NCBI GenBank assembly: GCA_937858275.1
Contig: CALLZK010000021.1
Span: forward strand, 1-45,370
Origin: an uncultured bacterium
GTDB lineage: Bacteria; Patescibacteriota; Minisyncoccia; Phycocordibacterales; JAACPR01
Direction: 5' to 3'
Length of the DNA stretch: 45,370 bases
Shown here: in pieces, positions 8,579-16,217 of the stretch
Layout of the letters: the number at the start of each line of letters is the position of its first letter
Numbering within the stretch: the first letter of the stretch is position 1
Translations under genes and position numbers: made by a program
The notes under the pieces: model-generated
What the model was told of the DNA's origin: nothing
The model's database searches: none
What the model saw: only the letters and a program-made list of their open reading frames with translations

Positions 8579-8992
8579 TTAGCTTTGTTTTGGTTTTTTC
8601 ATACCGTACTGACTTCTTCCTTTTCTACGAGTTTGTACACCCTCAGAATCAAGAACACCCCTAACTATTGTATATTTTAGGTTAACATCTTTTACTCTAC
8701 CACCTCTAACAAGCACGACTGAGTGTTCTTGTAAATTGTGTCCTATTCCAGGGATATAAGCAGTTATTTCCATTCCATTTGTCAGACGAACTCTGGCGAT
8801 TTTTCGAACAGCTGAGTTTGGTTTTCTAGGGGTTTTTGTTGTAACTTTTGTACAAACACCTCTTTTGAATGGTGACTGATAAAAAGTTGGTTTGTTTTTT
8901 AGGGTATTGAAACCTCTACGAAGAACAACCGCTTTTGACTTGCGGGCCGCTTGTTTTCTGTTTCTTTTTACCAATTGATTAATTGTTGGCAT
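8579..8992 (-). CDS. rpsL: 30S ribosomal protein S12
   Basis: [32 protein letters not shown] and [19 protein letters not shown]. Confidence 0.99.
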   Translation of the reverse strand: MPTINQLVKRNRKQAARKSKAVVLRRGFNTLKNKPTFYQSPFKRGVCTKVTTKTPRKPNSAVRKIARVRLTNGMEITAYIPGIGHNLQEHSVVLVRGGRVKDVNLKYTIVRGVLDSEGVQTRRKGRSQYGMKKPKQS

Positions 8993-9003
8993 AAGTGAAA
9001 GAC

Positions 9004-9032
9004 ACTTTACTACATTATGTTTTAAAATGCAA
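9004..9032 (-). promoter_or_regulatory. Putative sigma70 promoter of rpsL giving a very short leader
   Basis: Minus strand TTGCAT-17 nt-TAAAGT; the -10 element ends 11 nt before the ATG; no SD. Confidence 0.5.
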
Positions 9033-9076
9033 GAGCATTTGATGTAAATTAAATATGAATTAAAAAATTTTAAAAT

Positions 9077-9691
9077 TTATATTCCCGTAAACAATTTCAT
9101 CAAAATTCTAACTATTGGCATTATAAATTGCCAAGCCAAAAACACAATTGCTAAAACTAGAAAAAATCCATATCTTTCAAGATTTGCTCTAAACTTTAGC
9201 GAATACTGTGTTGGCAATATGGAAAATAAAACTTTTGAACCATCAAGTGGTGGAACTGGAATCATGTTGAAAACCGCCAAAATCACATTCATGAATACAA
9301 TTGCATAAGAAATTTGTATAACTGAAATTGGTAAATTTAAAAGATCGGAAAAACGAATTAGTAATCCAAACAAAATAGCAATTGCAATATTTGATAATGG
9401 ACCAGCAATTGCCACAATTAACTCACCCCATTTACGATTTCTCAAGTTGTATGGATTGTATGGAACCGGTTTGGCCCAACCTAAAATAATTCCCCCTGGC
9501 AATAAAGCAAAAATAATTGGCAAAATTATTGAACCAAAAGGATCAATGTGTTTTATGGGATTCATGGTCAATCTTCCAGCATATTTTGCAGTTACATCTC
9601 CCTGAGATAATGCAGCATATCCGTGAGCCACTTCATGAATTACCACAGACATGACCAGAATTGCTATTGAAAATATAATTGGTATATCCAT
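9077..9691 (-). CDS. Site-2 protease family (peptidase M50) membrane metalloprotease
   Basis: HEVAH zinc motif, IAIAGPLSN and FNMIPVPPLDG. Confidence 0.95.
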   Translation of the reverse strand: MDIPIIFSIAILVMSVVIHEVAHGYAALSQGDVTAKYAGRLTMNPIKHIDPFGSIILPIIFALLPGGIILGWAKPVPYNPYNLRNRKWGELIVAIAGPLSNIAIAILFGLLIRFSDLLNLPISVIQISYAIVFMNVILAVFNMIPVPPLDGSKVLFSILPTQYSLKFRANLERYGFFLVLAIVFLAWQFIMPIVRILMKLFTGI

Positions 9692-9789
9692 TTGTATTTA
9701 TTAAATTAAAAAACTAAAAATAAATTTGCGATTTAAAATATTTGCAAAATTATTAAAAGATGATAACATGTTTCTCACAAATACAAAAT

Positions 9790-10032
9790 ATGGCGAAAAC
9801 ATGCATAATTACAAATAAGAGTTCAAAAATGGCTGGAAGATATTCCAATCGTGTTCGTGCTACAAAATTTAATCCAGGCGGAAACACAAGAAGATATGCA
9901 AATATACAAAAAAGAAGAATATTTGTTCCAGAAACAGGAAAAACAGTTATTGTTAACATTTCTGCAAAAGGCCTAAAAACCCTAAAGAAAAACGGTGTGG
10001 CAAAAAGCTTGAAAAAAGCGGGAGCAATATAA
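9790..10032 (+). CDS. rpmB: 50S ribosomal protein L28
   Basis: Start MAKTCIITNK (ATG 9790); RRYANIQKRRIFVPE..VNISAKGLKTL. Confidence 0.93.
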   Translation: MAKTCIITNKSSKMAGRYSNRVRATKFNPGGNTRRYANIQKRRIFVPETGKTVIVNISAKGLKTLKKNGVAKSLKKAGAI

Positions 10033-10059
10033 AATAATTAATTTAAAAAGAAAAATTTT

Positions 10060-10087
10060 AAAAAATTCGCCGGAAGGGCGATTTTTT
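10060..10087. terminator. Bidirectional intrinsic terminator between rpmB and the MBL gene
   Basis: A-tract, TCGCC-GGAAG-GGCGA hairpin and T-tract between convergent stop codons. Confidence 0.75.
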
Positions 10088-11126
10088 ATTTTTGAAGCCA
10101 AACCTTTTTTCCATCCGATTTGAAAATAATTGTTCCCATTTTTGCGGTTTCTAATATTTGCAATTGTTGATTGTGATTTTCTGAAAAATTTTCTAAATTG
10201 GAAATTACTTCTGCATGAGGATGTCCGAATTTGTTATCTTTTCCGGCAGAAATAATTGCATATTGAGGTTTTATTTTTTCCAAAAAAATCGGAGAGGTTG
10301 AGGTTTTTGAGCCATGATGACCAACTTTGAGAATAACAATTTGTTTTATTATTTCGGATAAGGTTTTTGGTGTAGTTTTTTCTATGAAATTTTGTTCTAA
10401 ATTTTGAGTAGAAATTGTCCCAGAATTTTGTTCTAAATTTTGGGCGGGATTTGTGATTGTGTTTGCGGCGGGATTTGTGGCAAGATCTTGGGCGGTTTTT
10501 TTGATTTCAAAAAATCTAGCAATTGAAATTTTTTCTTCAATAGACTTTGAAGCATCACCGGTTAAAACAAAAGAGACATTTTCAAAAATTAAATTTGCCA
10601 CTACCGAAGCATCATTTGTGTCTGAAAATTGTTCTTCTTCTGGAGGCCACAAAATATCCAGGTAAATATTATTTTTTTGATCTAAAATTATTTTATCACC
10701 AGCAAATAAAAAAAGTTTGTTAATTTTTTGTGTTTCTATTATTTTTTCAATTTCTTCAAAAAGTGACTCACCAAAACGATTTGAGCCGGTGGCATATTTT
10801 TTGATTTTGTATTTTTTGAAAATTTCTGGAAATCCACCAATATGATCAGAATCTTGATGAGTGGCAATGGCTAAATTTATTTGGCGATCATAAAACGGTA
10901 GAATTTTTGATACTTGACGAGCGGCGGCTGAGGTTTGACCAGAATCTATCAAAATCTGATTGCCATTTGGGGCTTCTATAAAAATTGCATCGCCCTGACC
11001 AACATCCAAAAAAGCGACAGTTAAAAATTGGCGAGAATTTTCTGTAAGTTTGTAATAGGTTATAAAAATACTAGAAAAAAATAATGTTATTAAGAAAAAT
11101 AATAAAATTTTTTTCAAAAAATACAT
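10086..11126 (-). CDS. Stand-alone ComEC-type metallo-beta-lactamase-fold nuclease with an N-terminal TM
   Basis: FLDVGQGDA, THQDSDHIGG, LTGDA, LKVGHHGSKTS and FGHPH. Confidence 0.92.
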   Translation of the reverse strand: MYFLKKILLFFLITLFFSSIFITYYKLTENSRQFLTVAFLDVGQGDAIFIEAPNGNQILIDSGQTSAAARQVSKILPFYDRQINLAIATHQDSDHIGGFPEIFKKYKIKKYATGSNRFGESLFEEIEKIIETQKINKLFLFAGDKIILDQKNNIYLDILWPPEEEQFSDTNDASVVANLIFENVSFVLTGDASKSIEEKISIARFFEIKKTAQDLATNPAANTITNPAQNLEQNSGTISTQNLEQNFIEKTTPKTLSEIIKQIVILKVGHHGSKTSTSPIFLEKIKPQYAIISAGKDNKFGHPHAEVISNLENFSENHNQQLQILETAKMGTIIFKSDGKKVWLQK

Positions 11127-11230
11127 TTAAATATTTATAGCAAAGAAGAATCAAGAAATATTTAAAATAATTTAAAGATTTTATTTATTTTTTATATTTT
11201 ATAAGAAAATTGATTTTAGAAATACAAAAA

Positions 11231-13654
11231 TTAAATTTGTGTTTTGTTTTTATATTTTTCTGTAACTATATACCAAGAAATATTATCTTTTTCACCTTTT
11301 TTTGGAAACTTAAAATATCGAGTAACAATATTTCCATAAGATAACATTTTTTGAAAATCAAAATCGTTCTGTGTTTGAGCGGAATAAATTCTTATTCCAT
11401 TTTCATATTCATAAAAATCATTTTCTGATTTATTGTTTGATTTATCTACGGAATCACCTGAACCTGCTTCTAATTTTGATCGTAAAAATCTTTCAACAAT
11501 TTTTTCTTGTGACCAATCACCTTCTGATTCTTTTTTTGTGACAAAGTCAAAATTCGTATCATCTCTTTCAATATTCAAAACTTCTATTTCAGCGACCGGT
11601 TTCCATTCTGTTGCAACAAAACCTCTTTCAATATAATTTGCACTAATTCCGACATGTGGATTACATTCGGCGATAATTTTTTTATCTTTCGCCATCAAAT
11701 CCAAGTCGCTCAACATCATAGCTTCGCCCAATCCAGATCCGTGGAATTGTCTATCAACATTAAAAGAAGCAAAATGAATTGTTTTTTCATTAACAGTGTC
11801 TATTCTATAAAATCCGGTTATATCGTCTTTGTATCGCAAAATTGTAAATTCTGAATCTGCATATTCCAGCGATTTTTCGAATGAATCAAGTAATATTTTG
11901 GTCAATTCTGGATATTTATCGTAATTTTCTTTATACATTTGACGCATTGTGTCGATGTCTTGTGGAGAGATTTTTTCTGGATTTATATGTCCGGTTAATT
12001 CAAAATTTTTAACATCGGAAACATTAATACTCTCACCTTTTGATTTAATATTTTTCAATGCTGATGAAAGCAAAATCATGTCTGCTTTGATCCTCTGCAA
12101 ATCTGCCAAAACTTCATCAAGTGATAATTCCAAACCATTTTCTTTTGCTTTTTTATGAGCATCAATAAAAGTTATCAAAATATCTTTGGCTTGTGACATA
12201 ACCCAAGATCTAATACTTTCTAATTCAACCTTATCAGTAATTTGATTATTTAATTCGGCATTGATGAAATTTTCTATATTATATGACTGATCGACAATAT
12301 CTGAATACTTTTTAAACAAAACTTTTGCAGAATCTGGATAATTTTTAGCAAAATCAAAAATTACATCTCCATCTATATCAAAAAAATCAACAGACAAAAA
12401 ACATCTAACACCCGTTGTTCCAAATTTTTTTACAAAATTCAATATTTCATCTTTATTTTTTTGGGAAAGTAAAACTCCAAAAAGAACCATTTGCTCTTCC
12501 CATTTAATGTCTCCCAAACTTAATCCCGCTTCCTTCATCATTGGTCTAAAAACATTCATCTGATATGACTGATCGTTTAATGCTACAAGCCTAGAAGCAT
12601 AATCAGAGTCACTTTCATTCTTCTTTCTTTGACAAAAAACATCTGGTTTATATGGAATAATTCTACCATCCATAAAATCCGCACCGAAATTTGCTTTCCT
12701 AACAACATCTGCTTGGCTAAATCCTTGTAAAAGAAGCGGTTGATATAGGTTTTCAATCTCCTCTTTTGTGGCCAAGCTAAAATATGCAATGAGCCTCAAA
12801 TCACCACCGTGTACTGATTCGAAAATACCAACTGTGTTTTTATCTAAGCTGGCCATTTTTTGATTTTCATTCCTCTCAATAGATGTTCCAACAAAATTAT
12901 TTCTACCAATATAATAGTTCGCATACCCATTTACTCCACTAAAAGAGATATATGGTTTATCACCCAAAGGTTTTACTTTATATATAAAATCTTCTTCTTT
13001 TATATTTGTACCTGGATCAAAATCTGTTTCATTAAAAACACCTGCATTAATTAATTTTTTTGCATATTTCCTTATAAAAGAATTTGGTTTATGAGAGAAT
13101 TTTTCACCCTTTATTGATGGTAAATATTGATAATTAGACTCCTTGAGATATCTTGCGGATAATTTTCTAATCGAACCATCTTTATCATTTACTAATAAAT
13201 TTCCGGTTTTCTGATCTCTATAGACCCCGAGATCATTGAGCATTTTGGCTAAAAATAATTCCACAATAGAAAAAGCAGACCCATCTTCTAATATTATATC
13301 CTCTGTGCTCCAACGGATAACACCAATAAGTTCTCTAAGCTCGTAGTGTCCAACAGACCAAATCCCAGATAATGCCTCCCTTTCATTTCTAGGAAAAGTT
13401 AACAAAGGGGCTTCTTTTCCATTAATACAGACCCTCTCTGAAGCCAAGTCGATTAAGAGATTAAGTAGACCCATCCCTTTATGATTCGTGGAGTTTCGAT
13501 TTTCTTTTTTTAGTGCTTCTATATTAAAATACAATTTTCCTTCTTTTTCTGATATAAGACCGATTTTTTTCGCCACAGAAAAAAAATCCTCGTTTTTTCT
13601 CTCAGAAAAGCCAACTGGTTTTTCATCACTCTCGATGGAAATATATTCTTTCAT
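11231..13654 (-). CDS. Large hypothetical protein with a C-terminal GNAT acetyltransferase-like domain
   Basis: 809-aa ORF (ATG at 13654, TTG at 13660). FASFNVDRQFHGSGLGEAMM matches GNAT motif A (V..x.x.G.G.G); followed by SANYIERGF. Confidence 0.7.
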   Translation of the reverse strand: MKEYISIESDEKPVGFSERKNEDFFSVAKKIGLISEKEGKLYFNIEALKKENRNSTNHKGMGLLNLLIDLASERVCINGKEAPLLTFPRNEREALSGIWSVGHYELRELIGVIRWSTEDIILEDGSAFSIVELFLAKMLNDLGVYRDQKTGNLLVNDKDGSIRKLSARYLKESNYQYLPSIKGEKFSHKPNSFIRKYAKKLINAGVFNETDFDPGTNIKEEDFIYKVKPLGDKPYISFSGVNGYANYYIGRNNFVGTSIERNENQKMASLDKNTVGIFESVHGGDLRLIAYFSLATKEEIENLYQPLLLQGFSQADVVRKANFGADFMDGRIIPYKPDVFCQRKKNESDSDYASRLVALNDQSYQMNVFRPMMKEAGLSLGDIKWEEQMVLFGVLLSQKNKDEILNFVKKFGTTGVRCFLSVDFFDIDGDVIFDFAKNYPDSAKVLFKKYSDIVDQSYNIENFINAELNNQITDKVELESIRSWVMSQAKDILITFIDAHKKAKENGLELSLDEVLADLQRIKADMILLSSALKNIKSKGESINVSDVKNFELTGHINPEKISPQDIDTMRQMYKENYDKYPELTKILLDSFEKSLEYADSEFTILRYKDDITGFYRIDTVNEKTIHFASFNVDRQFHGSGLGEAMMLSDLDLMAKDKKIIAECNPHVGISANYIERGFVATEWKPVAEIEVLNIERDDTNFDFVTKKESEGDWSQEKIVERFLRSKLEAGSGDSVDKSNNKSENDFYEYENGIRIYSAQTQNDFDFQKMLSYGNIVTRYFKFPKKGEKDNISWYIVTEKYKNKTQI

Positions 13655-13690
13655 ATTCAAAATAATAACATAAAAATTAAACAGCTCACA

Positions 13691-13813
13691 TTCACCTCAA
13701 TTACACAGACATCAATAAAAATATTAAGAAAGAGATGTTTAGAGGAGAGAGTTTTAAAAACACTCACATCCATTCCCTAAATATCTTTCTGATGTCTGTA
13801 TAATTAGGGTGAA
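13691..13813 (-). ncRNA. Candidate rod-shaped structured RNA or processing stem
   Basis: 24-bp imperfect terminal stem (13691-13714 / 13790-13813) where 2 of 3 mismatches become G-U pairs on the minus strand. Nested AAAGATATT/AATATTTTT and GGATGT/ACATCT stems; pyrimidine-rich segment left unpaired. Confidence 0.5.
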
Positions 13814-13912
13814 AATTAACTTTTTCGCCATTTTTGGCTCATCAGTCAGGACACACATCCTGAGAAAGTGGTGCGCTTTTAAACCATTGGTGCGCACCAA
13901 ACCAAAACAAAT

Positions 13913-14338
13913 TCAAAACATTTCCGTCATCTTCCTCCTTTCTAAGTCCCTCTCCCTCATTTGCAAGACGGAAGTCTTGCAACTTTTTATTTCTATTAGC
14001 AACCTCGCGGTTGCTTCTTTGATTTCCTCAATGACTTTTGGGGAAATCAAAATTTTTTTACCGTCTTCTCCGAAGACGGTTATGTGGTTTTGGCCACCCC
14101 AGGGGTGGCAAGTGAACAACACTTCTCCGGATGGAATCCGAAAAGAAATACTTCGTAGATACCTGTCATAGGTATCTACCTTATATCCCTTTTTCTCCAG
14201 AAGTTTTTCTATAATCACCTGATAGTACTGTGGATTCCCCCAGGCACTCTCTATGTTAATGATGTTATCATAATCTAATAACATCATTGACAACGCGTCT
14301 AGCGGGTTCAGCCATTTGATTAAAAATTTTGTTATCAC
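13913..14338 (-). CDS. Hypothetical protein (141 aa, no recognised family)
   Basis: GTG start preceded by a strong SD-like AGGGGAG; globular-looking composition. Confidence 0.7.
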   Translation of the reverse strand: MITKFLIKWLNPLDALSMMLLDYDNIINIESAWGNPQYYQVIIEKLLEKKGYKVDTYDRYLRSISFRIPSGEVLFTCHPWGGQNHITVFGEDGKKILISPKVIEEIKEATARLLIEIKSCKTSVLQMRERDLERRKMTEMF

Positions 14339-14624
14339 TTCTCTCCCCTAATCTGGTGTATTGTTTTGGCACACCTGTTTGAAGCCCACTATCTATCAAA
14401 CCACCACACCATGTGATGATTTGAATAAAAAGGAGAAATTTACGTATTCTCCAGTTGGCTTGTGCCACGGCCGACACCACATCGGCAACCACCACGCAAT
14501 TGAGTCTCAAGATAAGTATACTTATCCTTCCCTCATCTAGCTTTTGCGCAAAGCAACTTTGCATGTCTCACGACATTCACAAGCTGTCCCAGTTTCCGCT
14601 GGTTCGGTGATGCCTTTGGACGAC

Positions 14625-15158
14625 CTACTGGGCCGTCCGTCGACTCACAAGGTGTTTGTGCACCTCGGCCGCAACCGCGCTGTCATACAGCGGGTTATGG
14701 GTGGCACCGAAATCCGGCACCACGAGCCCCCACTTGTCGACATACTTGTCGACAGAGGTGGGATCCTCTCCGGCCTGCGCGAGTTCCCCCGCAACATCCA
14801 GAAGAGGATACGGACCGTCCCAGTCCCCGATGCACCCTTGCGAGTGCATGTCCCGAAGGAGATTACTCTCCACGGGAGTTCCCATGTGGACGACTATCTC
14901 CACACCTAACTTGTTCGCCAAGTAGAACTTGGCGAAATCGATAAGCAGAGACTCGTATGTCTCATGGGAGACGGGGAGACCACTGAGTGTGGGCAACACA
15001 TTCGTGCGAACCCACTCGTCAGTCACTGCTGTATCGGGCAAGCGACCGACAAACCGTCCAACTTCACGACCGGACTCGTCATAGACGAGTGCACCGATTG
15101 CGAAAGCACGGCCCCATAGACCATTGGTCTCGGCGTCAAAAGAAAAGATTTTTTTCAT
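14625..15158 (-). CDS. DEDDh (DnaQ-like) 3'-5' exonuclease, Rv2179c/RNase AS-like
   Basis: ExoI FDAETNG, VTDEWVRTNVLPTL and ExoIII THNPLYD. GC-rich (39/60 in 14761-14820). SD GAGG 10 nt upstream. Confidence 0.8.
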   Translation of the reverse strand: MKKIFSFDAETNGLWGRAFAIGALVYDESGREVGRFVGRLPDTAVTDEWVRTNVLPTLSGLPVSHETYESLLIDFAKFYLANKLGVEIVVHMGTPVESNLLRDMHSQGCIGDWDGPYPLLDVAGELAQAGEDPTSVDKYVDKWGLVVPDFGATHNPLYDSAVAAEVHKHLVSRRTAQ

Positions 15159-16029
15159 CTTTTCTTTTCCTCTGCATACTATTTTCCTAGTCTCCTAGGT
15201 TTTTATGCAGAGGTCCTTATGGTGCTTGACTGGGCACACCAACCCAGAGTGTTTTTGTTATAGGAAACACTCAACCATCTCAACGAACTAACAACCGAAG
15301 TGTTGTGGGCTCGATAGAAAGGAGATTTTCTTGAAATCCCCTACACCTTTTCAGGTGTGATTTAAACAGAATGAATTTATTTTTATATTACTTGTAAAAA
15401 TGCCGTCCAAATCACACCTGTCCATCTTTGTTTTGTCGAAAACCAGTTTTTAACCCGTCTCGTTTTACTACCACTAGCAAAAGATGAACTTGTGTGGATT
15501 TAATATTCAATTATCAACGAACTCCTCACCCTCTCCTCTCAATCTCATCGTGACTCTCTCCTCTTTTGGTCTGGCAAAGGGCACCTTTCCAGAAAAAATC
15601 ACACGACTTTGAGGTAGCAAGGATATTTCTAGACACAAAGAGTGGTTAATTCCTTATGTCGAGCCGATATCATTACTATTAGATACGGTTGATGTAATTT
15701 GCCTTATAGACATAGTTCCAATTCATGGCAGATGTTTGAGGCCTGGCACTTCACAGAACATTTACATCTTCAAACATAATAGGTTTAAATTTGGCTTCCA
15801 ATATTCTCTCCTCTTTGGGAAAAGTATTTCCGCAGAAAATTCACTCTCTCCTCTTTCTACACTTGCCGGCTGTAGGCACCGTCTAGATTAGGCCCGAATA
15901 TCTGTGGTCCAATCAAGATCAGACAGTGAACTTCAAATTTAACTCTATTACCTTTTAACGAACTTTTTGATGATTTGATTTTCAGACGATCGCCTCTTTA
16001 CGACCGGCATCTTTTCTTTTCATCATTCT
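15159..16029 (-). ncRNA. Candidate long structured 5' leader or ncRNA (about 870 nt, no ORF >=60 aa)
   Basis: No ORF in the track; many perfect stems (15169-15213, 15248-15271, 15352-15420, 15571-15592 and others); repeated AGAGGAGAG and AGTTCGTT motifs; lies between a consensus promoter and the exonuclease. Confidence 0.5.
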
Positions 16030-16035
16030 GAGTAT

Positions 16036-16064
16036 ATAATAGCAAAGTTTTGACAAAATGTCAA
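16036..16064 (-). promoter_or_regulatory. Near-consensus sigma70 promoter driving the island leftward
   Basis: Minus strand TTGACA (16064-16059), 17 nt, then TATTAT (16041-16036), with an extended -10 TG. Confidence 0.8.
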
Positions 16065-16217
16065 TACTATTGTGACAAATATATTAAAAATGTCAGAAAA
16101 ACCATAACTATCAACAAAAAAACCTTTATTTATATGTGGATAAGTGTCACAGAGTTGTGACAAGATGTGCTATATTTATTATATTGAATGTGTTTAGACA
16201 AAATTTATTAGACAAAT
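16050..16217. promoter_or_regulatory. Cluster of TGACA/TGTCA operator-like sites between the island promoter and the TrmB gene
   Basis: TTGACA-AAA-TGTCAA (16050-16064), TGTCAC-N6-GTGACA (16145-16162), TTAGACAAA twice, and TGTGGATAA at 16135-16143. Confidence 0.55.

Noticed and set aside
14564-14578. GAATGTCGTGAGACA resembling a 23S rRNA segment
   Set aside because: Only about 15 nt with no flanking rRNA similarity; explained as a GNRA-capped hairpin.
14268-15190. ORFs 14268-14564(-), 14544-14909(+), 14656-14925(+) and 14987-15190(+)
   Set aside because: They overlap the exonuclease or orphan gene and are expected by chance in GC-rich DNA; no motifs.
15159-16029. Leader as tmRNA, RNase P RNA, SRP RNA or a group I/II intron
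   Set aside because: I found no tRNA-like ends, no GAGGAAAGUCC, no SRP loop and no domain V or P7 signature by eye. An Rfam scan is still needed.
2502-16143. TGTGGATAA boxes as oriC
   Set aside because: Only three isolated perfect boxes kilobases apart; no cluster, no dnaA/dnaN and no evident unwinding element.
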